Positions 25,493 through 37,026 of a stretch of DNA of 64,000 bases are shown one piece after another; positions within the stretch are counted from its first letter, which is position 1; each line of letters opens with the position of its first letter. The notes beneath the pieces were generated by a model, which was not told the origin of the DNA, made no database searches, and saw only the letters and a list, made by a program, of their open reading frames with translations. This stretch comes from Utricularia gibba. Its lineage: Eukaryota; Plantae; Magnoliophyta. The stretch spans positions 2,914,001-2,978,000 of the forward strand of contig CM007991.1 in assembly GCA_002189035.1 (NCBI GenBank), given 5' to 3'. Both the position numbers and the translations under genes were made by a program.

Positions 25493-28400
25493 ATGAGCAC
25501 GAAAAGGGTTCTGTTTGATCTTAACGAACTCCCTACCGAGAACACGGACGATTCTGTCTGTTTCGAACCTGAGAGGGCTATTCCGTCTTCGGGTGCTGCA
25601 AGTATTGGCGTACATGCTTCATCGGCTGGGTTCGAAAGGGTAGATGGTGCCACACTGTCCAACGTCAGTGATGAAAATGATTCAAAATCTGCACCCACCC
25701 TGGAATCAGGTTGCGCAGATGATCGTGCCATTGAGAAGGAAGAGGGAGAATGGTCCGATGCAGAGGGACCTATTGATCTTTCCAGAAAAGGTCCCGTTGG
25801 TAAAGACTTAAGTTGCATGCATGATAGGCATGAGTTGCAAAATGATGGTAAAGAAGCCATGGATGATAAGGCCTCAATTGGGAACCTGGAATCCATACCC
25901 TCGCAGTGTAAATCTAGTATGAGCGGAAATGGCAGCAATGAGTTAGGATTGACCCCAGGGACAAACTTTCATAAATGTGATGGTGATACAGAAAGTCTTG
26001 AAGACGCTGCTCCACCACGAAGGCTTCGAGAAGTTAAGGGTGTTGAAGCAAACCATGCATTACGTATAGACAATATTGCAAAACTTCCTAAGCTTGACCC
26101 AAAGAAAGAAGCAATGCTTGGGAGGAAACGTGGGAGACAAACGATGTACATTAATTTGGAGGATGTTAAGAAGCATCCGGTTCCGTCAAAGACTCCTAAA
26201 AGGCAGCAGATTCTTGCTTCAGCTATGAATCGAACTGGGAAGCAAACTCGTTCTGTTGTACCAAATGGTGAGCCTAGTGACAGCCCATCTCCTACGGTTG
26301 TTAAAGACACAAAACAAGTGGAGATATTGAGAAATGAATTCAGTGGTTCTCTAGAACCAAACAATTTGAAACGCGAGACTGGTGATGATTGTAGTTCGGG
26401 GTCATCTGGAAAACAGGGGAAACTCAACAGTAGTACGGATATTCAGTCAGAAGGTCGGGTATCATCTGTTCCTCGACAAAATGCATGGAAGCAAACACCT
26501 GACTTAAAGCCACCTAAGGATTCACAGCTCTCTAGTAGGAAAACATCTGTCAGCAATCAGAGTTCGGGTGATACCAGATTAGCTGCAAAGAAATTGCCAT
26601 CAAAAAAGCAAACTACTGCAAGTAACCAGTATCAAGATTCGTCTGTGGAACGCCTGTTGCGTGAGGTGACAAACGAAAAGTTTTGGCAGCATCCAGGTAT
26701 CAAGTTATCATTCTGGCAGTTTGTTCGGGTGGATCATTTTCTGTTAAGTGTTCTTCTAGATTGCCCCATCACAATTCATTGTTATTTCCATTTTGACTTT
26801 GCATGGATGTTGTGTTGATTTATTTCATGGCACATTGATGCCATGTGCTTTGCTCTTACTGTATTCGAAGTTACATGATTACCGGCTGCTCTTGCTGCAC
26901 ATTAAGAATTCTACTCTAAGGCTTTTTTAGGACGTTTTCACATTTTTTTATTATGTCTGTGGATTTTCTGCTTTCTTTGAGAGCTGTTGAATATAGGTTT
27001 TTGTTGATAGTTATGTACTCTAGTTATTTCTTTTGTTAGAAATGATGATATTTACAGCTTTTTCACACGTTTCATTTTTTTTTTTATCTGTGAACTAGAG
27101 AGAGAAGAGCTCCAGCCTGTGCCCGGTAAGTTTGATTCTGTAGAAGAGTATATTAGTGTTTTTGAGCCTCTGCTCTTTGAAGAATGCCGAGCGCAGTTGT
27201 ACAGCACTTGGGAGGAATCGTTAGAAGCCTCAAATTTTGTGAGGGTGGGCATAAAGTGCGTTGAAAGGCGTGAAAGAGGTATTATTTCTTCACTTGTAAC
27301 ATTTTCTGTACTTCCATGTGCATGTGATAATGGATGATTTCAAGATGAAGAATGCTGCATATACTGAAGCATAGGCTTGTAACACCTTCTTGAGACGTGC
27401 TTTTACTTTACCAGGATGGTTTGATGTTATTCTAACTCCACCACATGAATATAAGTGGTCTTTTAAGGAAGGAGATGTTGCAGTCCTTTCATCGCCTAGG
27501 CCTGGGACAGGTATTTTCATCTCTCTCTGCCTTTTCTTTTCCTTTTGGGTGAAGAAATGACCATATGTCTAATTGGATTGTCATGGGGAGCATGCATCTA
27601 TAATCAGCTTCACCTGATCTGTTGCAGCAATTGGCAAGAGAAACAGTTCATTCACTCCAGAAGATGAAAAAAATGCAGTTAGTGGGCGTGTTGCTGGGAC
27701 AGTGAGGAGACATGTCCCTGTTGATACACGGGATCATATTGGGGCAATCCTGCACTTCTTCGTTGGTGATTTTGATTCTAACAGGTTGGTGTTTTGCGTC
27801 TGCCAAGTTTTATTCTTGAGCACAAGCTCATCTGTTTCATCACACTGATTTTTTTTACACACTATTTAGCAAAATAGATGATGATCATATCCTGAGGAAG
27901 CTCCACCCAGGAGATGTTTGGTACCTGACGGTACTTGGTTCTCTGGCAACCACCCAACGAGAATATGTGGCTCTCCATGCTTTCCCTCGACTTAATCTTC
28001 AGGTTCATCTAGAAATTTTAGCTCGAAATCTGTAACTTCTGTTTGGGTTAACAACTTAACATACCATGCTTGATATTCAATTTTTTGTTCATACAGATGC
28101 AGCATGCAATTCTTCAGCCTAGTCCTGACCAATTTCCCAAGTATGAAGAGCAGACACCTGCCATGCCTGACTGCTTTACTCCAAATTTTGTGGAGCATAT
28201 CCACAAGACATTTAATGGACCGCAGTTGGCTGCAATCAAGTGGGCTGCAATGCATACAGCTGCAGGCACCTCTGGTGGTGCCACAAAGAAGCAGGAGCTA
28301 TGGCCTTTTACTTTAGTTCAGGGGCCTCCTGGGACTGGTAAAACCCATACTGTGTGGGGTATGCTCAATGTCATCCATCTTGTACAGTATCAACACTATT

Positions 28401-30355
28401 ATACAGCACTGCTGAAGAAGCTGGCTCCAGAAAGCTATAATCACTCCAGTGAGAGCAACTCTGACAATGTGGCCGTTGGTTCCATTGATGAAGTGCTTCA
28501 GAGAATGGATCAAAATCTACTTCGGACACTTCCCAAACTTTGTCCAAAGCCTAGAATGCTTGTCTGTGCTCCCTCGAATGCTGCAACTGATGAACTCCTT
28601 GCACGTGTCCTTGATCGCGGTTTATTGATGGTGAGATGATGATTTATCGTCCTGATGTTGCCAGAGTTGGTGTTGATTCTCAGACTCGTGCTGCGCAGGC
28701 AGTCTCTGTTGAACGCCGAACAGACCAACTTCTTATGAAGAGTCGTGATGAAATACATGGTTGGATGCGTGACTTGAGGATTCGAGAAGCTCAATTATCT
28801 CAGCAAATTCGTTATCTTCAGAGGGAACTCAGTGTTGCTGCTGCTGCAGTTCGTGCACAAGGATCTGTTGGTGCTGATTCAGATATTACCTTAACAAGAG
28901 ACCAAAACCTTCGAAACCTTGCTGCAGTAGTGGAGAGCAGGGATAAAGTGCTTGTTGAGATGTCCCGTCTAGCGATTTTAGAGGGAAGATTCCGGGCCGG
29001 GAGCAATTTTTATATGGAGGAAGCTCGTGCTAATCTGGAGGCAAGTTTTGCCAATGAAGCTGAAATCGTCTTTACCACAGTATCAAGCAGTGGACGCAAA
29101 TTGTTTTCTCGATTAAGTCATGGTTTCGACATGGTTGTGATTGATGAAGCTGCTCAAGCCAGTGAAGTAGCAGTACTACCACCCCTTTCTCTTGGTGCAG
29201 CTCGCTGTGTCCTTGTGGGTGATCCTCAGCAGCTTCCTGCCACAGTCATCAGCAAGGCCGCAGGAACTTTGCTTTATAGTAGAAGCTTGTTTGAGAGATT
29301 TCAGCAAGCAGGGAGCCCAACAATGTTGCTGTCTGTGCAGTATAGGATGCATCCTCAAATTAGAGATTTTCCCTCAAGACACTTCTACCAAGCACGCCTG
29401 ACAGACAGTGAAAGTGTTGCGAATCTCCCAGATGAACTATTCTACAAAGATCCTTTATTGAGGCCTTACTTATTTTTTGATGTAAGTTATGGCCGAGAAT
29501 CACATCGTGGGGGCTCTGTATCTTACCAAAATTCACAAGAGGCCCAGTTTTGTGTTCGCTTGTATGAGCATCTCCAGTCAAGTCTCAAATCAATGGGAGT
29601 AAGAAAGGTTTCTGTTGGTATAATCACTCCATACAAGTTGCAACTGAAGTGCCTCCAACGGGAATTCAAAGATATTTTATCTTCAGATGAAGGAAAAGAT
29701 ATTTACATAAATACTGTGGATGCTTTTCAAGGGCAAGAGCGTGATATCATTATAATGTCATGTGTTCGAGCGTCAAGCCATGGAGTTGGCTTTGTTGCAG
29801 ACATTCGTCGAATGAATGTTGCTCTCACACGGGCAAAAAGAGCACTTTGGGTGAGATTCTACTCTATCCATAGGAACATTGTTTCTATATGTGCAACTTG
29901 GATTTTTTTTGTTTTTTCCTGACTTGGCTAGTTATGTTTGATAGGTTATGGGAAATGCTAGTGCTTTGGTGCAGTCGGATGACTGGGCTGCTCTGATTGA
30001 TGATGCCAAAGCTCGAAATTGCTACTTGGACATGGATTCTTTGCCTAAAGACTTCATACCTGGTTCTTCTACTGACAACATGTTCTGTTCCAAGATCCCA
30101 AGCAATAAAGGTTTGCAATCTGTTTCAAGATACCAGTCAAATGATTCACATGTGGAACCCAGGTCTACTACACAGCCTGAAGAGGATGAAAAGTCGAGTA
30201 TAACTTCTCTTTCTAGGAATGGAAGTCATTGGAGCTTAAGGCAAGGTTCAGAAAATTTAGTGCATGGTATTGCACAGTCTAGTGATAGATCTCGAAATCC
30301 CTGGAAACATGGCTTTCAAAAGAAACAGAATGCTGGAGGGAAGCGAGATTTGTAG
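25493..30355 (+). CDS. SEN1/UPF1-like superfamily 1 helicase (At4g30100/At2g19120 type); one apparent -1 frameshift
   Basis: Motifs LVQGPPGTGKT, CAPSNAATDE, VIDEAAQA, VGDPQQLP, QYRMHP, TVDAFQGQE and RRMNVALTRA. Seven exons traced; the frame changes at 28621-28623. Confidence 0.92.
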
Positions 30356-31483
30356 ATATCATATGACTGGATCTGCTTAAACAAAGCTGCTTGGTTCTCA
30401 TGGTTGATGTGAGGTGGTGAGTTGCAATCTCAGAAGGGAGATTTCAGGGCACCTGATATTTGAAATAGGGAATGCTCTTAATCGAATCCCAGAATCTCCC
30501 GCCAATATGATCCACTGCCCTGGATTAGAACCTTCAGGTTGAGGGAGATGGAAGACATGAATGTGCCAAAGAGCCTCCTCTTCAAGAAAATGCAATAGCC
30601 TTTTTCATCATGGCAATCGGATTTCTTCCCGATGAATTGTAACCAAGGGCTGTTTTCTCATACGCCGGTCTATCCAGATAACCTGTGATTTGAAAGTTAA
30701 CAGCTAAACATCTCCCATCAAGCTGTTTAAATTGGATGATATATAAGCTGATATATCAACCTGGTCTATCCAGTTGGTGAATGGGGTTATTTGCAGAGGT
30801 CTTCTGCCTCCTGTAGATATATAAGCTGCATGATTGCAGACTGTCAGCTTTAGGATGCCACGTGAAATAAGTAGGTAAGATTTCATGGAAATTGGAAGTC
30901 CACCTGATGCTGTTTCTGTCTTCATTCATGGAAATTGGAGATATCTGTGTAGTGTAATTCATTCATGTGAAGTTAATGCAAAAGGTCTCTCAACTGCTGT
31001 TTGATACTGATGCTTTTGTTTGTGTGGAGGGTATCCTAGCAGCAAGATCATGATGGCTTATTTTCACAATAGTACTGTATAATATTAGGGAAAGTCATGC
31101 CTTTTTTGAACATGAATGCTGATTCATGTAATTACTTTTGTCACTTCATTTTTCAATGTTGTATCAACTTCTCATGGATAGATAATCTTCGCTGGATGCT
31201 TACTATGTGTTTGGAAAAACCCTTCCTGGAATTCAGAAAGTTAACCGGAGATCATGTGACCAGGTTTTTCAGACAGCAGACAGTATAGGATGAGAGTCAG
31301 GGTGAAACCAGAACGAACTCCTGAAAGTTTGGACAGATTCCGAGGTTTCAGATCCTCCAAACACCTGTCTTGAATCGATCAGATTCAACATCAGAAAATT
31401 GGGGATGGGACAATGACTAGTTCCAGTTCAATATATATCTATTAGAGGAGCAGAGCTCTTCGTTCACTAGGGAGAAGGAAGTG

Positions 31484-32375
31484 ATGAACTTCTCTATAGC
31501 AACATTGATTCTAGCCATCTGGGCTGGCTCAGAGACGATCATCGCCGCCAGAGAAGGGCCTAGGTACTCTTCTCAGGCACTAACAACTGCCCCCACCCCG
31601 AGCTCTGATTGCTTCAATCTGATAAATGGTATGATGGACTGTATTTCGTTCTTGAGCGGAGAGGATCCTGCTCCGGGTGAACCTTGCTGTTTTGGGCTTA
31701 AAACGGCGATGGAAGTCAATGCATATTGCATTTGTTATGGCCTGGAAATGGGTTCTGAATTGGGTTTCGAAATCGACATGGCAAGGGCTGAAGCCATGCC
31801 TGATGACTGCAGCATCACTGCTGCTCCGATCAGTTTCTGCAACAGTATGTTCCCGATCACTTGAGAATGATTTACGTTTCCTTTGCTTTATCGCAAGGTT
31901 GATCTGAAATGTTCACTTTTTTTTTCAGTATCCTCCACAGTGCCGGCAGCCTCTCCGGGTATGTTTTCAGATGACTGGCGCATTCGCTGCTGATAAACTA
32001 AATGACAAAAGCTGACGAATGTTTTGTGTCCGCAGCGACTACACCCCCATCGGCAAAATCTCCCTCTCCGGCGCCGCATTTTCACCCCCCAGCTGCTGTC
32101 CCTACACCCTCGACCTCTCCAGCACCGGGATCCATTTCTCCGTCACCAGAAACTGCTACTCCGTCGCCAGAAACTGCTATTCCGGCTCCATCACACACTC
32201 CAATTCGGCCACCAGCAGCTGACACCCCTGCACAGGAAGGAGGACCACCATCAGCCCCTCGAGCGACACTGGGATTCCTCCACCGGCTTCCGATCAACCT
32301 CGGCGGCACCCCAAATTCGCCATCTTTTCAATCACATTTGTCCTCGGTGTTCACCAACTTCTCCAAACCCTGTGA
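31484..32375 (+). CDS. GPI-anchored non-specific lipid transfer protein / xylogen-like (8-Cys motif plus Pro/Ser/Thr-rich region); one apparent -1 frameshift
   Basis: Signal peptide and C-Xn-C-Xn-CC-Xn-CXC-Xn-C-Xn-C in exon 1 (to 31844), a short exon 2 and a PAST-rich exon 3. A hydrophobic tail (FAIFSITFVLGVHQLLQTL) appears only after a one-base correction at 32255-32258. Confidence 0.85.
32140..32181 (+). repeat. 21-bp in-frame tandem duplication in the nsLTP Pro-rich region
   Basis: ccgtcaccagaaactgctact / ccgtcgccagaaactgctatt (PSPETAT / PSPETAI). Confidence 0.8.
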
Positions 32376-32789
32376 TCCCTGCAACTGGTTACTACTTTCT
32401 TTGCACGTTGCTTGCCCTTTTTCAGGCTAAGCAGATTACTTCCCCACGAGAGTTTCTTTGTTCAGTAAAGTAGCAGAGTTGAGCACCCCACATTTGTCTC
32501 CAAAAACACATTGCAGCGGCGGCGACGTGCTCCTGTACACAACAGAAGGCGAAACTTAGTTTCTACTTGATGCCCTCAGGCCACTGGCCACGGAATCCTT
32601 CCGTCGGCCGTCGTCGTTTTTAGACGCTGCAGAATCGGAGTAATTAAACAGTAATTTATTAGATTAAATAATTACAATTTTGATTATTGAAGTTAAACAA
32701 AACCTTCTTCTTTCTGATTTCTCCGGAATGAGTTTTGGAAGTGTTGCAGAGAAGTGGCTTCGCCGGTTGCAAGTCCTCCTGTCTGTTTC

Positions 32790-34601
32790 ATGCCGATGTT
32801 CTTGCTTTCTCATGTACCTTCGCACGTATTTTTTCAAACTCGAGTAACCAAATGCGACGTTGGCCCTAAGGAGTCCCGGAAATGGAGTGGCGGCTGCGAC
32901 CAGTGGAAACGCTGCTTCCCCGAATCGAAGAGCCTTCCGTTGTTGGTTCATTCGGGGTCACTCGCGCGTGGGAGTTTTGGGGTTTCTGAGTTTTTGAATG
33001 GCGCCGGCTGTGCGGTTCTTTCTGAAGATTATGCTTGCGAAGTAGGCAGGTGCCTTCAATCTTGTTCTAATGTTGAGGAGGTCCAGAAAGTGCATTTTTT
33101 GGTTGATAAGAAAATGGGAAATCTTCCTGGTTTTGTCGGTAATAACTTGATAAGCATGTACGCGAAGTTCGGAGAAATGGCGTCTGCGCATAAGGTGTTC
33201 GATAAAATGTCGGAAAGAGACGTTGTATCCTGGACAGCTTTGATGAATGGCTACATGAAACATGGATTTTTTGGTGATGCTTTGAGTTTGTTCGCGGAAT
33301 TCGTCAGGCTTGGAGTGCGGTGGACTGGACAGACTTTTGTCTGCGTGCTCAATTTGTGTGGTAAGACATCTGACTATGAGCTTGGAAGGCAGTTACATGC
33401 CTGTGCAGTAAAGAATAAAATGAACAACTTTGTTTTGGATTCAACTATTTTGCATTTTTATGCACAATGTGGGGATTTGGATAGTGCTGTAGATGTCTTT
33501 GAACGGATGGAAAGACGGGATGTGGTGGCCTGGACCACAATGATCACCGGATATTCCCGACATGATCAGGGTCAGGAGGCCTTTGCTATGTTCTCGAAGA
33601 TGCTGTGTGATGGATTTGAGCCAAACGAATACACTGTATGCAGCTTGCTTGATGCCTGTGGGTGTGAGAAGGAACTCACTTTCGGTAAGCAGTTGCATGC
33701 TGTTGTCTTGAAGAATGCATATTGCAACGATGTTTATGTGGGAACTTCCTTGCTGGACATGTACGCAAAATGCGGCAAGATGGAGGAGTCGAGGGCTGTT
33801 TTTGATGAGATGAAGACGAAAAACAAAGTCACTTGGAACTCTATTCTATCAGGTTATGCTCGTAATGGAATGGGGGAGGAGGCCCTGAGATTCTTCCACG
33901 TTATGAAAAGATTGAAGCACTCTGCTAATGAGCTAACCATGGTTAGTATTCTCAGAGCTTGTGGTTCTATCAAGGGATTGTGTTCTGGTAAAGAAGTTCA
34001 CGCTCACATTTTCAGAAACTTCTCCCCGGTCCAGATCTTAATGGGGACTGAACTTGTCTGGTTTTACTGCCAATGCGAAGACTACATTTCTGCATCAAAG
34101 GTTCTGCGTTCTTTGCCTGAAAAGGATGTGGTTTCATGGACTGCGATGATTTCTGGATGCACTCACAAAGATAACGAGTCTGAGGCTCTCAAGTACATGA
34201 ACGAGATGCTCCATGAAGGCATTGAACCGAACCCCTTCACTTACTCTTCAGTACTCAAGGCGTGCGCGAAGCTGGAAGACATAAAACAGGGGAAGCTGAT
34301 CCATTCCTCAGTCAACAAAACAGCTGCCTTGCAAAATGTGTTTGTGGGCAGTGCTTTGATCCATATGTACTCTCAGTGCGGATATCTTCAGGAGGCAGCT
34401 CGGGTCTTCGATGATATGCCAGAGAAGAATGCAGTGTCGTGGAAAGCCATGATCATGGCGTATGCAAAAAATGGATGGTATTCTGAGGCTATGAAGCTTG
34501 TGTACAGAATGCAGGCTGAAGGGATTGAGATCGATGAACGTGTACAGTCCGCTGTGCTCACCTCTTGTTCACAAACTATGTTCTCAAAAATAGCAAATTA
34601 G
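32790..34601 (+). CDS. PDM1: PLS-class pentatricopeptide repeat protein, PDM1/SEL1 (At4g18520)-like, probably plastid
   Basis: Intronless ORF of PLS repeats (RDVVSWTALM, DVYVGTSLLDMYAKCG, VSWTAMISGC, NPFTYSSVLKAC, SWKAMIMAYAKNG...YRMQAEG) without an E/DYW extension. The start codon is uncertain (first in-frame ATG used). Confidence 0.85.
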   Translation: MPMFLLSHVPSHVFFQTRVTKCDVGPKESRKWSGGCDQWKRCFPESKSLPLLVHSGSLARGSFGVSEFLNGAGCAVLSEDYACEVGRCLQSCSNVEEVQKVHFLVDKKMGNLPGFVGNNLISMYAKFGEMASAHKVFDKMSERDVVSWTALMNGYMKHGFFGDALSLFAEFVRLGVRWTGQTFVCVLNLCGKTSDYELGRQLHACAVKNKMNNFVLDSTILHFYAQCGDLDSAVDVFERMERRDVVAWTTMITGYSRHDQGQEAFAMFSKMLCDGFEPNEYTVCSLLDACGCEKELTFGKQLHAVVLKNAYCNDVYVGTSLLDMYAKCGKMEESRAVFDEMKTKNKVTWNSILSGYARNGMGEEALRFFHVMKRLKHSANELTMVSILRACGSIKGLCSGKEVHAHIFRNFSPVQILMGTELVWFYCQCEDYISASKVLRSLPEKDVVSWTAMISGCTHKDNESEALKYMNEMLHEGIEPNPFTYSSVLKACAKLEDIKQGKLIHSSVNKTAALQNVFVGSALIHMYSQCGYLQEAARVFDDMPEKNAVSWKAMIMAYAKNGWYSEAMKLVYRMQAEGIEIDERVQSAVLTSCSQTMFSKIAN

Positions 34602-35270
34602 CCACCAAACGATGATGAAATTTCATCGTAGAGTTTTATACATTTAAACTGAGTCGTATCACAGACTTGCCTCCGGAGTGGAGGCAGAGCCGAGAGAGAT
34701 GCACCAACCCAATTCTCAACTGAGCCTCCGGCTTGCCGAGGTTGAAGGCGAGCAACAGATGCTTGAAATGATCCTGAAAACTCTACGAGAAACAAGATTG
34801 TGACATTAAAGAGGGCATCAACAGCAGATATAGAGCCTCATGTCACTGTGATCAAAGAAGAAGTTTTGCGGGTATATTTTGCTACATTTACTTGTCTTGC
34901 CTTCGTGAATTTTAGGTTCACGAGGAAAGTTGTTTCCATTCTCGGTGAACAAATTCCACTGTACACAAGATACAAAACCAAGGTTTTCAAACAAGACATA
35001 CAAAAGGAGTGAAGTCTCAGCATCAGAATTCAACTGTTCCATGTAAGATTCCTCATTGAGGTATGAACTCAGAAACATTCATCTTTTTCAGTTATATGTA
35101 CTTCCACTATGCATGTAAAAATCCCTCCATCAACCACATGAGCCAAACAAACAATAGGGCAATGACCGGAGCAACCAAGGCTTGATGCTGTAAATACAAA
35201 TGCCATCTACAGATGTGCACTGTGTAAGTAAAAAAAAAATGATGTGATGAGACTGTAGGTAGATGGATAT

Positions 35271-36265
35271 TCACAGGATAGTGCACATGCATCCTCCCTT
35301 CTTCTGAGATTCATCCTTCAACTCATCTAAAGGAGCAAAAACTTCATAATTAAACTTGGTTCCAGAAGCTAAAAAAAAAGCATCAACCAGCAGACACATG
35401 CCGTTCTTTTCTGGAACAGGGGGTCGGACGACAGCATGCATTGTGATGACACCACCAGGAAGTTCACTCAGAGGAAGGCGAGATTCAGCAAGTGTTTTGT
35501 TATTCTCGAGTATCCTTCCCGCATTGATGAGTTTAATGTCATTTATGGATTTGGGTGCACTCTCCAGACCTGCAATAGCAAGTTCAAAGGATCATCACAC
35601 AGCCCCTCAAAACTCAGTAAACAGAAGGAACTCGATGCCTATATTTACATCATCCCTGTCAAGAGCTTCATGGCAAATGAGCCAATCGATGTTGAAGCTG
35701 GGACAAGTCACCCACATATCATACTTACATTAATCAGGTCTCATCATATCTCTATGACATATTAAGAACAGCATAGTTAAATGGAAGGATCATCTCAACA
35801 AGGTATTCAACATTTCTCACAACCATGGATATCAAAACTTGCTTTTGCATCTGGAAAGTATAGCGGAAATCATATCTTGTATTTTGTAAAAGATTGGCAA
35901 AAGTTTGCCTTCCTAACTCCACATGTGCTACAATCAGTAGAAAACTGTCAGAACAAAAGTTCAAGATATCTATCAGAAACAAAAAACTAAAGGCAAGTAT
36001 TACCTTGACAAGAAACAAATATAAACATACACAAAAACTGTAACCACATGAAGCATAAAATCCAGAAACTTACAAGTTAAAAGAACTGCAACAAGAACAA
36101 ACACTTGATAACGACCTCACACAAGTATTCACAACCTTTAGGCCATTGTGCAATAATCCTTTCCTTGAGAGATGTCACAGTTGCAGTAGAATTGTACTTG
36201 CTAGGTCCAATATCGCTACCATCAGCAAGCCTGAATTTGATTTCAATCAATTCATGCGCAGCCAT
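35271..36265 (-). CDS. MUB: membrane-anchored ubiquitin-fold protein (MUB)
   Basis: Exon 1 IEIKFRLADGSDIGP...IIAQWPK, exon 2 IKLINAGRILENNKTL...VITMHAVVRPP, exon 3 ending in the CaaX-type CMCTIL stop at 35271. Confidence 0.93.
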
Positions 36266-37026
36266 AGAATAAACAGGACGCCGGATCCTTAAACCACAAT
36301 AACATCAGGGACAACGCCAGGAGAAAAAGAAAAAAAAAACCCCAAAGATGCCAATTTTAAGATTAAAGCAGATGACCCCGGTCTTGTTCACAAAGATTCC
36401 AGATCAGAACAAAGACCCAGTTTGAATATAGCCCAGAAACTCCGAACACAAACATGGAACCTTAGTTTCTTAGAATAAAGAAAACATTTCCTTTTTGTGC
36501 GACAAGCTCGTGACCCAGAAGGTTCGAACAAGAGACTACACACAACACGGTAAGAATAAGGTGGTGGGTGATGAAAAAATTCAGAAGAACGTCCTTGTGG
36601 ACGGTTTGACGATAACCGAAACCAGGGATGCGAGAAGATTAACCCGCCAAAATTATGATTCTTTTACGAGAACATCCACTTGGGCAAGATTGGACGATCC
36701 AGATCCCGACTGATTTTACTCCCGACAAATGCTTTTACAGATCCCGACAAATTCCGGTGCAGGCCGCAGCTACACATATTTGAGTCTTTGACTCCGATAT
36801 CCTCCGCTTCCGATCTCCTACTCCACTGCCACAATTACAAGGAATATAAAAAATACACACATAAATCAAACCAATATTTTTTAAATTAAGAATAATAAAT
36901 GGTTTTTGTGTAAGTGATGCTCGTTGCTTGTACATGACAGCAGCTAAGCTGGAAACCGTCTGTACAATCTCGAAACTCTATTGCTGTGAAAGAGATGAAG
37001 CATCTGGAGCTGAAGAAACCATGGTC

